From the IMG/VR virus record IMGVR_UViG_3300045988_152494, positions 1 to 39,821 of that record: 39,821 nt of DNA; one strand, given 5' to 3'. Shown here in pieces: positions 19,543 to 27,819 of this stretch; the stretch's first letter is position 1; every line of letters starts with the position of its first letter. The position numbers were made by a program, and so were the translations under genes. The stretch is from a virus. Its lineage: Duplodnaviria > Heunggongvirae > Uroviricota > Caudoviricetes. A model generated the notes under the pieces. That model was not told the origin of the DNA. It saw nothing but the letters and a program-made list of their open reading frames with translations, and searched no databases.

Positions 19543-19705
19543 GATTCCTCCTTGCTGCCAGTCGCAACCATTTTTTATCAACCAGGCTGGCGGTATATCC
19601 GAGCAGTGTTGGTATTTCGGAAGGCTTCAGCTCCGGTTTACGCTTACGACGATTTGGTACTCTGTAGATGTGTCCGTTCATGACACGAATAAGCGGTGTA
19701 GCCAT
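19535..19705 (-). CDS. NinE-like small protein (56 aa)
   Basis: [59 protein letters not shown] overlaps the upstream stop (TAATG) and its TGA overlaps the next ATG; not in the ORF track (<60 aa). Confidence 0.4.
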   Translation of the reverse strand: MATPLIRVMNGHIYRVPNRRKRKPELKPSEIPTLLGYTASLVDKKWLRLAARRNHG

Positions 19706-20160
19706 TACGCCTCCTGCTTGTCGCGCAGCAGCTGGAACTCGCAGCTCTGCGGAATAGTCAGGTTGCAGCCAATATTCATCGCCCAGGCTTCAACCTTACA
19801 CAGGAAGACATACATCTCTCCGGTATCAAGATCGGAGGTATGGCGTAACGACTGGATAGTAGTGATTTCGCCGGTTACGACATCAACCAGGTCCTTGGTT
19901 TCATAACCGAGGTATGTGTGTTTGAGAGCATCTTTTACCCATGCTGCGGTAGCGAACGATTTCCCCCTGCTGATGAGGTATTCACTGATTTCGCTGTACC
20001 ACATGTGGCTGAGTGCATTCTGGGAAAGACTGCGTCTCTCTCGCCACGGTTTAAGCACCATGCGAAAGCATTTGCCTTCCTCCAGATAAGGCTGGATCTG
20101 CTGGCCGATAGCGGTGAAGTTACCACGATGCAATTTGATGCCATCTTGTAGGAGGTTCAC
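19705..20160 (-). CDS. YbcN-like nin-region protein (DNA base-flipping protein family; NinB-like position)
   Basis: 151-aa ORF with [23 protein letters not shown] segment; same size and order as DLP12 ybcN-ninE-ybcO-rusA. Confidence 0.45.
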   Translation of the reverse strand: MNLLQDGIKLHRGNFTAIGQQIQPYLEEGKCFRMVLKPWRERRSLSQNALSHMWYSEISEYLISRGKSFATAAWVKDALKHTYLGYETKDLVDVVTGEITTIQSLRHTSDLDTGEMYVFLCKVEAWAMNIGCNLTIPQSCEFQLLRDKQEA

Positions 20161-20351
20161 GATTCACCTCCGCAGAGGTCAAACGCTGGATGCAAAAAAT
20201 CGCAGGTACATTTCTGCATCTGTGAAGGGAGAAGAGAGTTTGGATTGTATGTGCGCATAAACGTCCCCGTTTAGCGCAGAAGTCACCGGAGTTGTTCAGG
20301 CTCCGGTGACTTAATTATGACAAGTTGATTATGGAAAATCAAAGCTTGTCA

Positions 20352-20897
20352 TCAGAACAACGAATAATTTAAAAACTCTATAATTTCTAAGATTTTTTCA
20401 CTTATCGCTGGAATGAAACGTGAAGCAAAATAGAGCCCCAAAAAACCCAATATTGAGTACGAAACCGTGATAGCGACTCTGTATTTTTTCTCGCCTCGTT
20501 TCACTCTCTCCCACTCAGTTTTAAGAACACTGGAACTATATTCAAAATACTGTCTGACCACATCTGTAATGTTAGATGAGCGATCCATTTTTAAAATGTA
20601 ATCCTCAATGATTTTCAAAAGCTGAGACTCTTCATTAGTTAAGTTTTTACTGGATAACCTAAGCTTCACTTTTGCGGAAAGAAAATAAATTTTTCCAGCC
20701 ACCTCAGGGAGCTTCTCAGGCGGAGTCGTGCGTAATTGTAAAAAGTTCTCCATCAATTCAGCTAACTCTTCCCTTAAACCATCTATCCACGCTTGCCGAA
20801 ACTCAGATGTTTTATTCTCCTTAGTGATAACAAGCCCCACTCCAGCTGCAGCTGCGGCAATAATTGCGGCGACAACTGAGGCTATCCCTGCATCCAT
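20352..20897 (-). CDS. AT-rich cargo: two-TM membrane protein of unknown function
   Basis: 181-aa ORF with N-terminal (IASVVAAIIAAAAAGVGLVI) and C-terminal (VAITVSYSILGFLGLYFASRFIPAI) hydrophobic helices and a charged helical middle; very low GC; hairpin 20292..20320 downstream. Confidence 0.55.
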   Translation of the reverse strand: MDAGIASVVAAIIAAAAAGVGLVITKENKTSEFRQAWIDGLREELAELMENFLQLRTTPPEKLPEVAGKIYFLSAKVKLRLSSKNLTNEESQLLKIIEDYILKMDRSSNITDVVRQYFEYSSSVLKTEWERVKRGEKKYRVAITVSYSILGFLGLYFASRFIPAISEKILEIIEFLNYSLF

Positions 20898-21036
20898 GAA
20901 TTACCCCTCAAAACAATATGAATATGAATATGATTCGATGCCTTCAGCAATTGAAAACTAAAACTCCCTGTAATGTCACATCTGCCCATGAATGTGTTTT
21001 CTTCATACAGCTTTGCTGCAATATCTAAATCAGACA

Positions 21037-21363
21037 TTAGTCAGCGGTTCTCCCGCGCCAGCGTTTGTTACTTTCTGATATTCTTTCTGTATCAACGGAC
21101 TCAACCTCACCTTCTGAAAACCTAACTGCATTAGCTTTAGCCATTGCCTTCCTAGCATCTTCTTCCGCCTGGCTAAAATGCACCTTCTTTCTTCCCTTGA
21201 AACTACCAACGCGAATTTTGGAAGAGGCCTGCGTCTTGTACTTGCTAATCCGTAATTGTGCCGCCAAATGGGCTTTTGCCTCGGTGCGGTTCGCTGGCTT
21301 CTTCTTTACTAATTCAAGGTCTAAATGGTACTGCTGCTCAGCTCTTAGTTTCTTCGGTTTCAT
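21037..21363 (-). CDS. AT-rich cargo: small basic protein of unknown function
   Basis: ATG at 21363 (MKPKKLRAEQQ...), 108 aa, K/R-rich; low GC. Confidence 0.5.
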   Translation of the reverse strand: MKPKKLRAEQQYHLDLELVKKKPANRTEAKAHLAAQLRISKYKTQASSKIRVGSFKGRKKVHFSQAEEDARKAMAKANAVRFSEGEVESVDTERISESNKRWRGRTAD

Positions 21364-21693
21364 AATATCACTCTCAAACAAAGTCCATTTATCATAGAAT
21401 AAAAGCCCTCTAAGAGCTTTGATTTGTATCTATGCTAATTCCCGTCAATTTGTTCTTCATTTTACCTCCAGCTGTTGTGCTGCTGCAGTGGCATTCAATA
21501 GTTTTCCTTCTAAGCATCCTACAAAATCGGTGACGAGTCATGACCAGTTCACGTAGTGCAATGAAATTACTGCAATCTATTATGACGCAAATGCGTCAAT
21601 ACTCGAATCAACTGATCATCCTGCCACGACTGAAATCTCAAATAGGCCGTTTCTCAAGTAAGAGATTTTGAATGCATTATTGGCTACTGAAAT

Positions 21694-21716
21694 AAAAAAC
21701 CCAGCGCCAACTGGGT
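21694..21716 (-). terminator. Rho-independent terminator after the secreted-protein cargo gene
   Basis: Minus strand: ACCCAG-TTGGCG-CTGGGT hairpin (21699..21716) followed by a T run (21694..21698), 19 nt after the stop at 21735. Confidence 0.45.
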
Positions 21717-21734
21717 TCATATGAAATTTTTTTG

Positions 21735-22229
21735 TCATTTCCAATTGCAAGACTGTGAAATTTTTTCCACAACCTTATCAATCTCAGACAAGTCAAACTC
21801 AACTACTTGCATAGTTGATCCATAAGGTTCAAACCCAAAAATAGCTTTTTTATGCTTAGCCAAGGTCTTTATAAATTGTATTGGTTGTGGAGCAAATGCA
21901 GAATCACCGCCTTCCCCACCTCCCCAAACACTCTTGACCGGCTTTCCGCCATCTAACCGCACTGTAATTCTTGGGTTGTCCGACCCCATATAATCATTGA
22001 ATGATAAATAGGCATCTGTTTTGTTATCACTACAACGCAACACCAGTGAAGTTGCACGATCAGTACCTGCTTTGTTATATGAATCTGGTGATAAATTAAG
22101 AGCCACAAAGTCAGTCTGGTCAGTCATTTTATTTATCTCAGACTTTGTTATCCACGGCCCTAACTTCTCTACACCAGCATTTGCTGTAAACGAGGCACTT
22201 ATGACAAAGGCTAAAATAAATTTTCTCAT
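21735..22229 (-). CDS. AT-rich cargo: secreted (signal-peptide) protein of unknown function
   Basis: 164-aa ORF with classic signal peptide MRKFILAFVISASFTANA; two Cys; low GC; own terminator. Confidence 0.55.
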   Translation of the reverse strand: MRKFILAFVISASFTANAGVEKLGPWITKSEINKMTDQTDFVALNLSPDSYNKAGTDRATSLVLRCSDNKTDAYLSFNDYMGSDNPRITVRLDGGKPVKSVWGGGEGGDSAFAPQPIQFIKTLAKHKKAIFGFEPYGSTMQVVEFDLSEIDKVVEKISQSCNWK

Positions 22230-22375
22230 AACCCTATCTCCTTGGATTTAAAGAACTAAATATTATCAAGTCTCTTGCCACTAGAAAACCCACTTTATTT
22301 CCAAACTCTGACGGCATTCCTGAAAATCCGCTTCATACTCACTTGCCCCGCCCTATCATCCTGAGTAGCTAACCG

Positions 22376-22549
22376 TTAAACAAACGTTCGCCAGACCTTA
22401 CCATCAATGACCAGGATTCCTGCCCGCGCCATTTTTGCCGCAGCCTGATTTATGCTGGTTAATGTCACACCTGTTGTCGCAGCAACGTCCGGCGCACAGA
22501 AGCTCTTGTGCGTCTCCAGATAATGAATAATTGCCTCTTTGCCCGTCAT
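22376..22549 (-). pseudogene. ren: ren, truncated (57 codons; lambda Ren is 96 aa)
   Basis: MTGKEAIIHYLETHKSFCAPDVAATTGVTLTSINQAAAKMARAGILVIDGKVWRT matches the lambda Ren N-terminus, then diverges (FV*) where the AT-rich cargo begins; ATGA overlap with the P stop. Confidence 0.55.
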
Positions 22550-23247
22550 ACAGTTGCTCCTTTCAGTCCGAACTTCGCTTTGATTTCTGCGATCTTCGCC
22601 AGAGCCTGTGCACGATTTAGAGGTCTACCGCCCATGACAGGAAGTTGTTTTACTGGTTCAGGGATCGCCTCACCACGGTTAATTCTCGCAGTCATATGGA
22701 CAAGCTCATCTGCGGCCTTACGGCGTAATTCCGCATCAGTAAGCGCATTGGCCCGCATGTTCTGATACAGGTTGGTAACCAGCCAGTAGTGCGCGTTTGA
22801 TTTCCACGGATAAGACTCCGCATCCGGATACAGGCCTCGCTTCCGGCAATACTCGTAAACCATATCAACCAGCTCGCTGACGTTTGGCAGTCCGGCGATA
22901 ACGGATGCTTCTTCCCGGCACCATGCAACAAACTGCCCGGGTGATGGCAGAAATGGTCGATTCTGCCGACGGGCTACGCGCATTCCTGCGTTAACCTGTT
23001 CCATCGTGGTGATCCCGTTTTCCCGGAAAGCCAGAACCCACTGGCGGCGGATTTCGTTCAGTTCGTTCTGGTCACGGTTAGCCAGGCTCGCCGGGAAAGT
23101 TGCCAGTAACTGGCTGAACACACCGTTGATGATCTGCGCTACCTGCTGTACCTGCGGCTTTTCGTCGTACTGTTCCGGCATGTTGTTGGCGATCCGACGC
23201 ATCTGCTCACGGTCAAAGTTAACCATCTGTGCGGCGATGTTTTTCAT
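22546..23247 (-). CDS. P: Replication protein P (DnaB helicase loader), lambda-type
   Basis: 233-aa ORF near-identical to recalled lambda P (MKNIAAQMVNFDREQMRRIANNMPEQYDEKPQVQQ...KAKFGLKG). Confidence 0.9.
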   Translation of the reverse strand: MKNIAAQMVNFDREQMRRIANNMPEQYDEKPQVQQVAQIINGVFSQLLATFPASLANRDQNELNEIRRQWVLAFRENGITTMEQVNAGMRVARRQNRPFLPSPGQFVAWCREEASVIAGLPNVSELVDMVYEYCRKRGLYPDAESYPWKSNAHYWLVTNLYQNMRANALTDAELRRKAADELVHMTARINRGEAIPEPVKQLPVMGGRPLNRAQALAKIAEIKAKFGLKGATV

Positions 23248-24263
23248 AGATCCACCCCGTAAATCCAGTCAGTGTTTGTCAGGTCGAGTTTTGGTTTGCC
23301 GGCTGTCACGCCAGCCTGTTGCTTGTTTCGGTTGATTTCGAGCTGGGTCCACTTGTCGCGGAGTTTGGCCGGACTCAGCACGTTACCGGACCAGAAGTTG
23401 TCCTGGCATGCCCAGCGGAACAGTACACACATGTCGCGGTGGTTACGTCCGTCACGTTCACGCATCAGGCGGATATCGTTAGCCCACCCAGCAAAATTCG
23501 GTTTTCTGGCTGATGGTGCGATAGTCTTCACCATGTCAAACATCCACTCTGCGGCGGTCAGGTCTTCTGCTGTCCCCCACTTGCTGCCGCTCTGAATTGC
23601 AGCATCCGGTTTCACCACAGGAAGATCGTTTTCTGGCTGGTCAGAGGATTCGCCAGAATTCTCGGACGAAAAAGGTTTTATATTGTCTTTTGTTAGTTTG
23701 TCTTTTGTGTTTACCTGATTCGGGTAAACGCCTTTACCTGATTTGGGTAAACTTTTCTTACCTGATTCAGGTAAATTTACCTCTTTCAGGTAAACTTTAT
23801 TTTTCTTACCTGATTCGGGTAATGTTGACCATTCACTGATCACATTATTAATGCCGATATTCCGCCCGCTCTGAATAAAAATCCCACGCTTTACCAGAAC
23901 ACTTTTTGCAGCAGAACACTTGTGCGGCAATATCCCGGTCAACTCGGAAAGTTGCTCGTTGCTCACCCAATCCAGTTTTTTATTAAAGCCATATGTTTTG
24001 CGCATGACACCCAGGAAGACCAGAAGCTGGTGCTGTGTTAATCCGGCCAGCATCACAGCTTCCAGCAACTCATTTGCAATGCGCGTATAACCATCATCGA
24101 GATCTGCCACGCGCGGCTCCTTTTGTGCCGCATCCGGCACTGGAAAATTGAATATCTCAGCAGTGTTTGCCATAATTCCTCCCGCAATGAGTGTGTTACG
24201 ATTTGCACCTGAAAGTCGGTTCTGTTCCAGCAGACCGGCTTTCGCCATTTCTGAACCTGTCAT
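23244..24263 (-). CDS. O: Replication initiator O (hybrid: non-lambda N-terminal iteron-binding domain, lambda-like C-terminal P-interaction domain)
   Basis: C-terminal ~150 aa (…SGESSDQPENDL…VVKPDAAIQSGSKWGTAEDL…NTDWIYGVDL) match recalled lambda O; N-terminal half differs; iterons inside the gene. Confidence 0.85.
   Translation of the reverse strand: MTGSEMAKAGLLEQNRLSGANRNTLIAGGIMANTAEIFNFPVPDAAQKEPRVADLDDGYTRIANELLEAVMLAGLTQHQLLVFLGVMRKTYGFNKKLDWVSNEQLSELTGILPHKCSAAKSVLVKRGIFIQSGRNIGINNVISEWSTLPESGKKNKVYLKEVNLPESGKKSLPKSGKGVYPNQVNTKDKLTKDNIKPFSSENSGESSDQPENDLPVVKPDAAIQSGSKWGTAEDLTAAEWMFDMVKTIAPSARKPNFAGWANDIRLMRERDGRNHRDMCVLFRWACQDNFWSGNVLSPAKLRDKWTQLEINRNKQQAGVTAGKPKLDLTNTDWIYGVDL
23711..23822. 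repeat. Replication origin iterons inside O (five ~18-bp TTACCTGATTCGGGTAAA-like repeats)
   Basis: Copies at 23711..23728, 23735..23752, 23758..23775, 23777..23794 and 23806..23822, each with TTACC...GGTAA dyad ends; AT-rich stretch adjacent at 23685..23710. Confidence 0.65.
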
Positions 24264-24805
24264 ATTGCCCCCAGCATGGTGGTGACCATCGCCATCAGTG
24301 GACCAGCCAGATCTGGGTCCACACGAAACATCGACACAATACCTTCACTAATTTCCTTCAGTTTCTGGTGGCGTGGTGCGTTGAGAATGACAGCCTGTTT
24401 TGCCTCACTGAGTTCCTTTTCCATTTCAGCCAACCTAGCCATAAAGCTATCCTGCTCAACCAGGTAACCGCGATATTCCAGCGGTAGTACCGCCAGAATT
24501 GCCGGGGTCAGTTCACGCACGTTATTTCGGTATTTTTCAGAATCGAATTTGTTATCGAGGAAGCGGAACAGCTTCTGGCGTGCACGGCTGACATCATCAG
24601 GGAAATCGATGGTGCCGCCGCCCTGCTCCCGATACTCATTCACAATGAGTGCGGCAACAACATCCTGATTATCTGCAGCCGACCACGCGCGAACGGCATC
24701 ACGGATTTTTTCGTGGCCTGGCACCTGTTTTATTTGAGAACGATTTATCACCGCAGTCGGGCTAAATCCGCTAGTCTGTTGGTATGTAAGTGGTTGCATA
24801 GTCAT
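24260..24805 (-). CDS. YdaT-family protein (CII-position regulator)
   Basis: 181-aa ORF; segments EYREQGGG and TPAILAVLPLEYR resemble the recalled Rac prophage YdaT; sits between the cro-like gene and O. Confidence 0.5.
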   Translation of the reverse strand: MTMQPLTYQQTSGFSPTAVINRSQIKQVPGHEKIRDAVRAWSAADNQDVVAALIVNEYREQGGGTIDFPDDVSRARQKLFRFLDNKFDSEKYRNNVRELTPAILAVLPLEYRGYLVEQDSFMARLAEMEKELSEAKQAVILNAPRHQKLKEISEGIVSMFRVDPDLAGPLMAMVTTMLGAI

Positions 24806-24829
24806 TGCCTTATCAGTTAACGCCGCAGT

Positions 24830-25057
24830 TTAGGCGGCAGAATTACTCGCGTTAAACAATGGTGCAAGGTCGGGACGAATATCTGCTGGTTTAATCTTTC
24901 CACCAGTGGCTGAGACAATTTTCATTACATAGCGGGCATCAATTCCGCCACCGTGTAGCCAACGCCAAACAGTGGGCTGGGCTACACCGCATAGATCTGC
25001 CAGTCGTTTTTGACTACCTGTAATACTGATTGCGAGTTGAATGGTTTGATTTGTCAT
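24830..25057 (-). CDS. Cro-like HTH regulator (YdaS family)
   Basis: Likely start ATG at 25057 (MTNQTIQLAIS...), 75 aa, HTH segment GSQKRLADLCGVAQPTVWRW; divergent from the repressor gene. Confidence 0.6.
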   Translation of the reverse strand: MTNQTIQLAISITGSQKRLADLCGVAQPTVWRWLHGGGIDARYVMKIVSATGGKIKPADIRPDLAPLFNASNSAA

Positions 25058-25167
25058 TATCAATTCCTATTGGTATTACAATGAATGGATAATAGCAATG
25101 CGTATTAATCCAATCAATAGCAAAACGTGTTTTGACCATCAATACGCAAGCGTATAAATTAAAACTT
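25058..25167. promoter_or_regulatory. Divergent PR/PRM-type promoter-operator region between cro-like and cI-like genes
   Basis: 110-bp AT-rich spacer between divergent starts with CTATTG (25067..25072), ATAGCAAT (25092..25099), CAATAGC (25115..25121) and near-palindrome TACGCAAGCGTA; the same motif recurs right of the SIR2 gene. Confidence 0.5.
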
Positions 25168-25860
25168 ATGAAAAAAGAAACTCTTGCTGATCGCTTAAAC
25201 CTAGCGATGGAACAATCTGGAATGTCTCAAGGCGCTCTTGCAAAGGCGTCTGGCGTAGCTCAACCCACAATCTGGAGACTGACAAGCGGCAACGCACGCG
25301 GCTCAACAAAAATTGTTGAAATAGCTAATGCATTGGGTGTTCGAACAGAGTGGCTCTCATCAGGCATAGGCCCGATGAGAAATGACGGTCAACAATCAGG
25401 GAAGCCTGCTGTCAACCATTCCAAATACTTCAAAATTGACGTTCTTGATATAGAAGTCAGTGCTGGGCCGGGTGTCATCAACCGTGAGTTTGTAGAAGTC
25501 CTACGCTCGGTTGAGTACTCGTTTGACGATGCTCGTCACATGTTCGATGGCAGGAAGGCAGAAAATATCCGCATCATTAACGTACGCGGTGACAGCATGT
25601 CAGGAACGATCGAACCAGGTGATCTTCTGTTCGTTGATATCACTGTTAAATCTTTCGACGGTGATGGTATCTATGCGTTTCTGTACGACGACACAGCCCA
25701 TGTAAAGCGCCTGCAAATGATGAAGGATAAGCTGCTGGTTATCTCTGATAACAAGAGCTACTCACCGTGGGACCCGATCGAAAAAGACGAAATGAATCGG
25801 GTATTTATATTTGGGAAAGTTATTGGGAGCATGCCACAGACATATAGAAAACATGGGTAG
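25168..25860 (+). CDS. CI-like prophage repressor (HTH + S24 LexA-type autopeptidase)
   Basis: Start ATG at 25168 (MKKETLADRL...); N-terminal HTH (MSQGALAKASGVAQPTIWRL), C-terminal S24 domain with GDSM Ser motif and KRL Lys. Confidence 0.8.
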   Translation: MKKETLADRLNLAMEQSGMSQGALAKASGVAQPTIWRLTSGNARGSTKIVEIANALGVRTEWLSSGIGPMRNDGQQSGKPAVNHSKYFKIDVLDIEVSAGPGVINREFVEVLRSVEYSFDDARHMFDGRKAENIRIINVRGDSMSGTIEPGDLLFVDITVKSFDGDGIYAFLYDDTAHVKRLQMMKDKLLVISDNKSYSPWDPIEKDEMNRVFIFGKVIGSMPQTYRKHG

Positions 25861-25966
25861 ATTATTAATGACAGATTTCATCAAGATAACCAGATGATGT
25901 TTTGGTGAGACATGCTGACATCCTCATAATTTATAGAATGGATGTTTCAAGCAGAGCTTAAGGTAT

Positions 25967-27574
25967 ATGGATATGTCAAAAAAAAATTTTGAATTCAAAA
26001 ATTACCCAATAGTCTTTATTGGCTCAGGCATTTCAAAAAGATATTTAGAGAACTACCCAACGTGGGAAGAGCTATTAAACGAGTATTGGAAAATAACAAA
26101 TCCCACAAATGATTTCTATAGTTATCTTTTAACAATAAAAGAATCACATAAAAATAACAGTGATAATGATATCGATCATAAGATTTATACAGAGGCAGCA
26201 AGTAAAATTGAAAATGATTACAATCTATTGTTTAGGACTGGCAAATTAAAATTAAATGGACTAGATGCCAAGAGGGTTTTTAGTGAAGATATTTCACCAT
26301 TTAAATACGCCATATGCCAAAGATTTTCTAATAACACAATCAGAAAGGATGTAAATCTTGATGAATTAGCATCATTTAAAACATTAATAAAAAAGGCCAA
26401 GATAATCATCACTACAAATTATGATGCTTTCATAGAAAATTTACTTCAAGAGCAAAATGTAACTCCAAAACTCTATATTGGAAATAATGGTTTTTTCGAA
26501 GATACTATTGGCTGGAGTGAGTTATACAAAATACATGGTGATATAAAGGATCCACACTCAATAATCATAAATAAAGATGATTACGAAAAATATGACAACA
26601 AATCTATACTCATTAGTGCCAAGATACTATCTAACATGATTAAAAATCCAATAGTTTTTCTTGGATATTCTTTAACTGACAGGAATGTAAAGAAACTTCT
26701 TTCTGATTTTTCCTCACAACTACCTAGAGAAGATGGTCGAAAATCAGCTGAAAGAATAATTTTGATTGAATATAAAGAGAATGAACAGGAAGTAGTACCA
26801 AAACAGATTACCGATCAACAGCTACAAATTACATATACATCTGTTAAAACAGATAACTATAAACAGATCTATGATGAGATCAGTGCTGTTGATGAAGGGC
26901 TCTCACCTTATGATGTTTTAAGGTATCAAAGAGCCATTAAAACACTTATCATTAATGAGGGTGAAAAAGGGCACTTAGATACTCTATTGGTTTCACCTTC
27001 TGACTTAGACAGACTTGAAGAAAGTGTTAAACAAGGAAAAAATTTAGTTGTTGCTCTAGGCGATAAAAAGTATGTATTCACACAAGTTAAAGAAATAAAT
27101 TATCTTGAAGACTACTTATTTAATAAAAATGAAATATCTAATAAATTAGCCATAGATTTCATATTAGGTTCAGTAAACTCATTACAACTTCCATTTTCAA
27201 AAACTATAACCTCATGTAATTTGAAAGAGTTAAGTTTGCCAGCTAAATATGTGTTAAAACTAAATCAACGCATTGAACGCCACGGAAAACTAGACGACTT
27301 GCTCAATAAAATCACCTTAGATAAAATCAATGCAAATAAAATTTACACCAACATCAAAGATATAAAGGATGCAAAGTTCAAAAAGTACAAAGAATTGTCT
27401 ATAGTCATTAAGAACATAAAAAATATCCCCAAAGAGGAGATTGAAGATTATGTTAAAAAAGAAGCGTTTGTTCAATTCAAGGCATGCGACGTTGACAATT
27501 TAAAAACCCAGTATAGGAAACTATTTCTTGCCTACGACTTGTTGATTCATGGAAATGTTGAAAAGATAAATTAA
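25967..27574 (+). CDS. SIR2-like (defence-type sirtuin-fold, putative NADase) protein with uncharacterised C-terminal domain
   Basis: 535-aa low-GC ORF; motifs FIGSGIS (17..23), IITTNYD (147..153), KIHGD (188..192), i.e. Gly loop, catalytic Asn151 and His190 at defence-SIR2 spacing; C-terminal ~230 aa K/N/I-rich, no recognisable partner domain. Confidence 0.7.
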   Translation: MDMSKKNFEFKNYPIVFIGSGISKRYLENYPTWEELLNEYWKITNPTNDFYSYLLTIKESHKNNSDNDIDHKIYTEAASKIENDYNLLFRTGKLKLNGLDAKRVFSEDISPFKYAICQRFSNNTIRKDVNLDELASFKTLIKKAKIIITTNYDAFIENLLQEQNVTPKLYIGNNGFFEDTIGWSELYKIHGDIKDPHSIIINKDDYEKYDNKSILISAKILSNMIKNPIVFLGYSLTDRNVKKLLSDFSSQLPREDGRKSAERIILIEYKENEQEVVPKQITDQQLQITYTSVKTDNYKQIYDEISAVDEGLSPYDVLRYQRAIKTLIINEGEKGHLDTLLVSPSDLDRLEESVKQGKNLVVALGDKKYVFTQVKEINYLEDYLFNKNEISNKLAIDFILGSVNSLQLPFSKTITSCNLKELSLPAKYVLKLNQRIERHGKLDDLLNKITLDKINANKIYTNIKDIKDAKFKKYKELSIVIKNIKNIPKEEIEDYVKKEAFVQFKACDVDNLKTQYRKLFLAYDLLIHGNVEKIN

Positions 27575-27819
27575 ATAAACGCCCCGTACAAAGCGATGGC
27601 GGGGCTAATAAGTCATTTATGTATCATTTAGCAACTGACTAAAAAAATACACATAAGAACTCAGACTACCAATATTCGATTAAATTTGCTGCCAACCTAC
27701 CGAGCTCACCACAACCCGATGCCCCTCTGTCACGAGGCACATTAAAGCTGTACAAATTTCAGCCACACCAATAAGTCTTCATACTCTTTTTTATAAAAAT
27801 TCATTTAATTATCAATCAG

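Noticed and set aside
26016..26412. Minus-strand ORFs 26016..26201 and 26218..26412 inside the SIR2-like gene
   Set aside because: AT-rich antisense frames within a long, motif-supported plus-strand gene; no RBS; I/L/N-rich artefacts.
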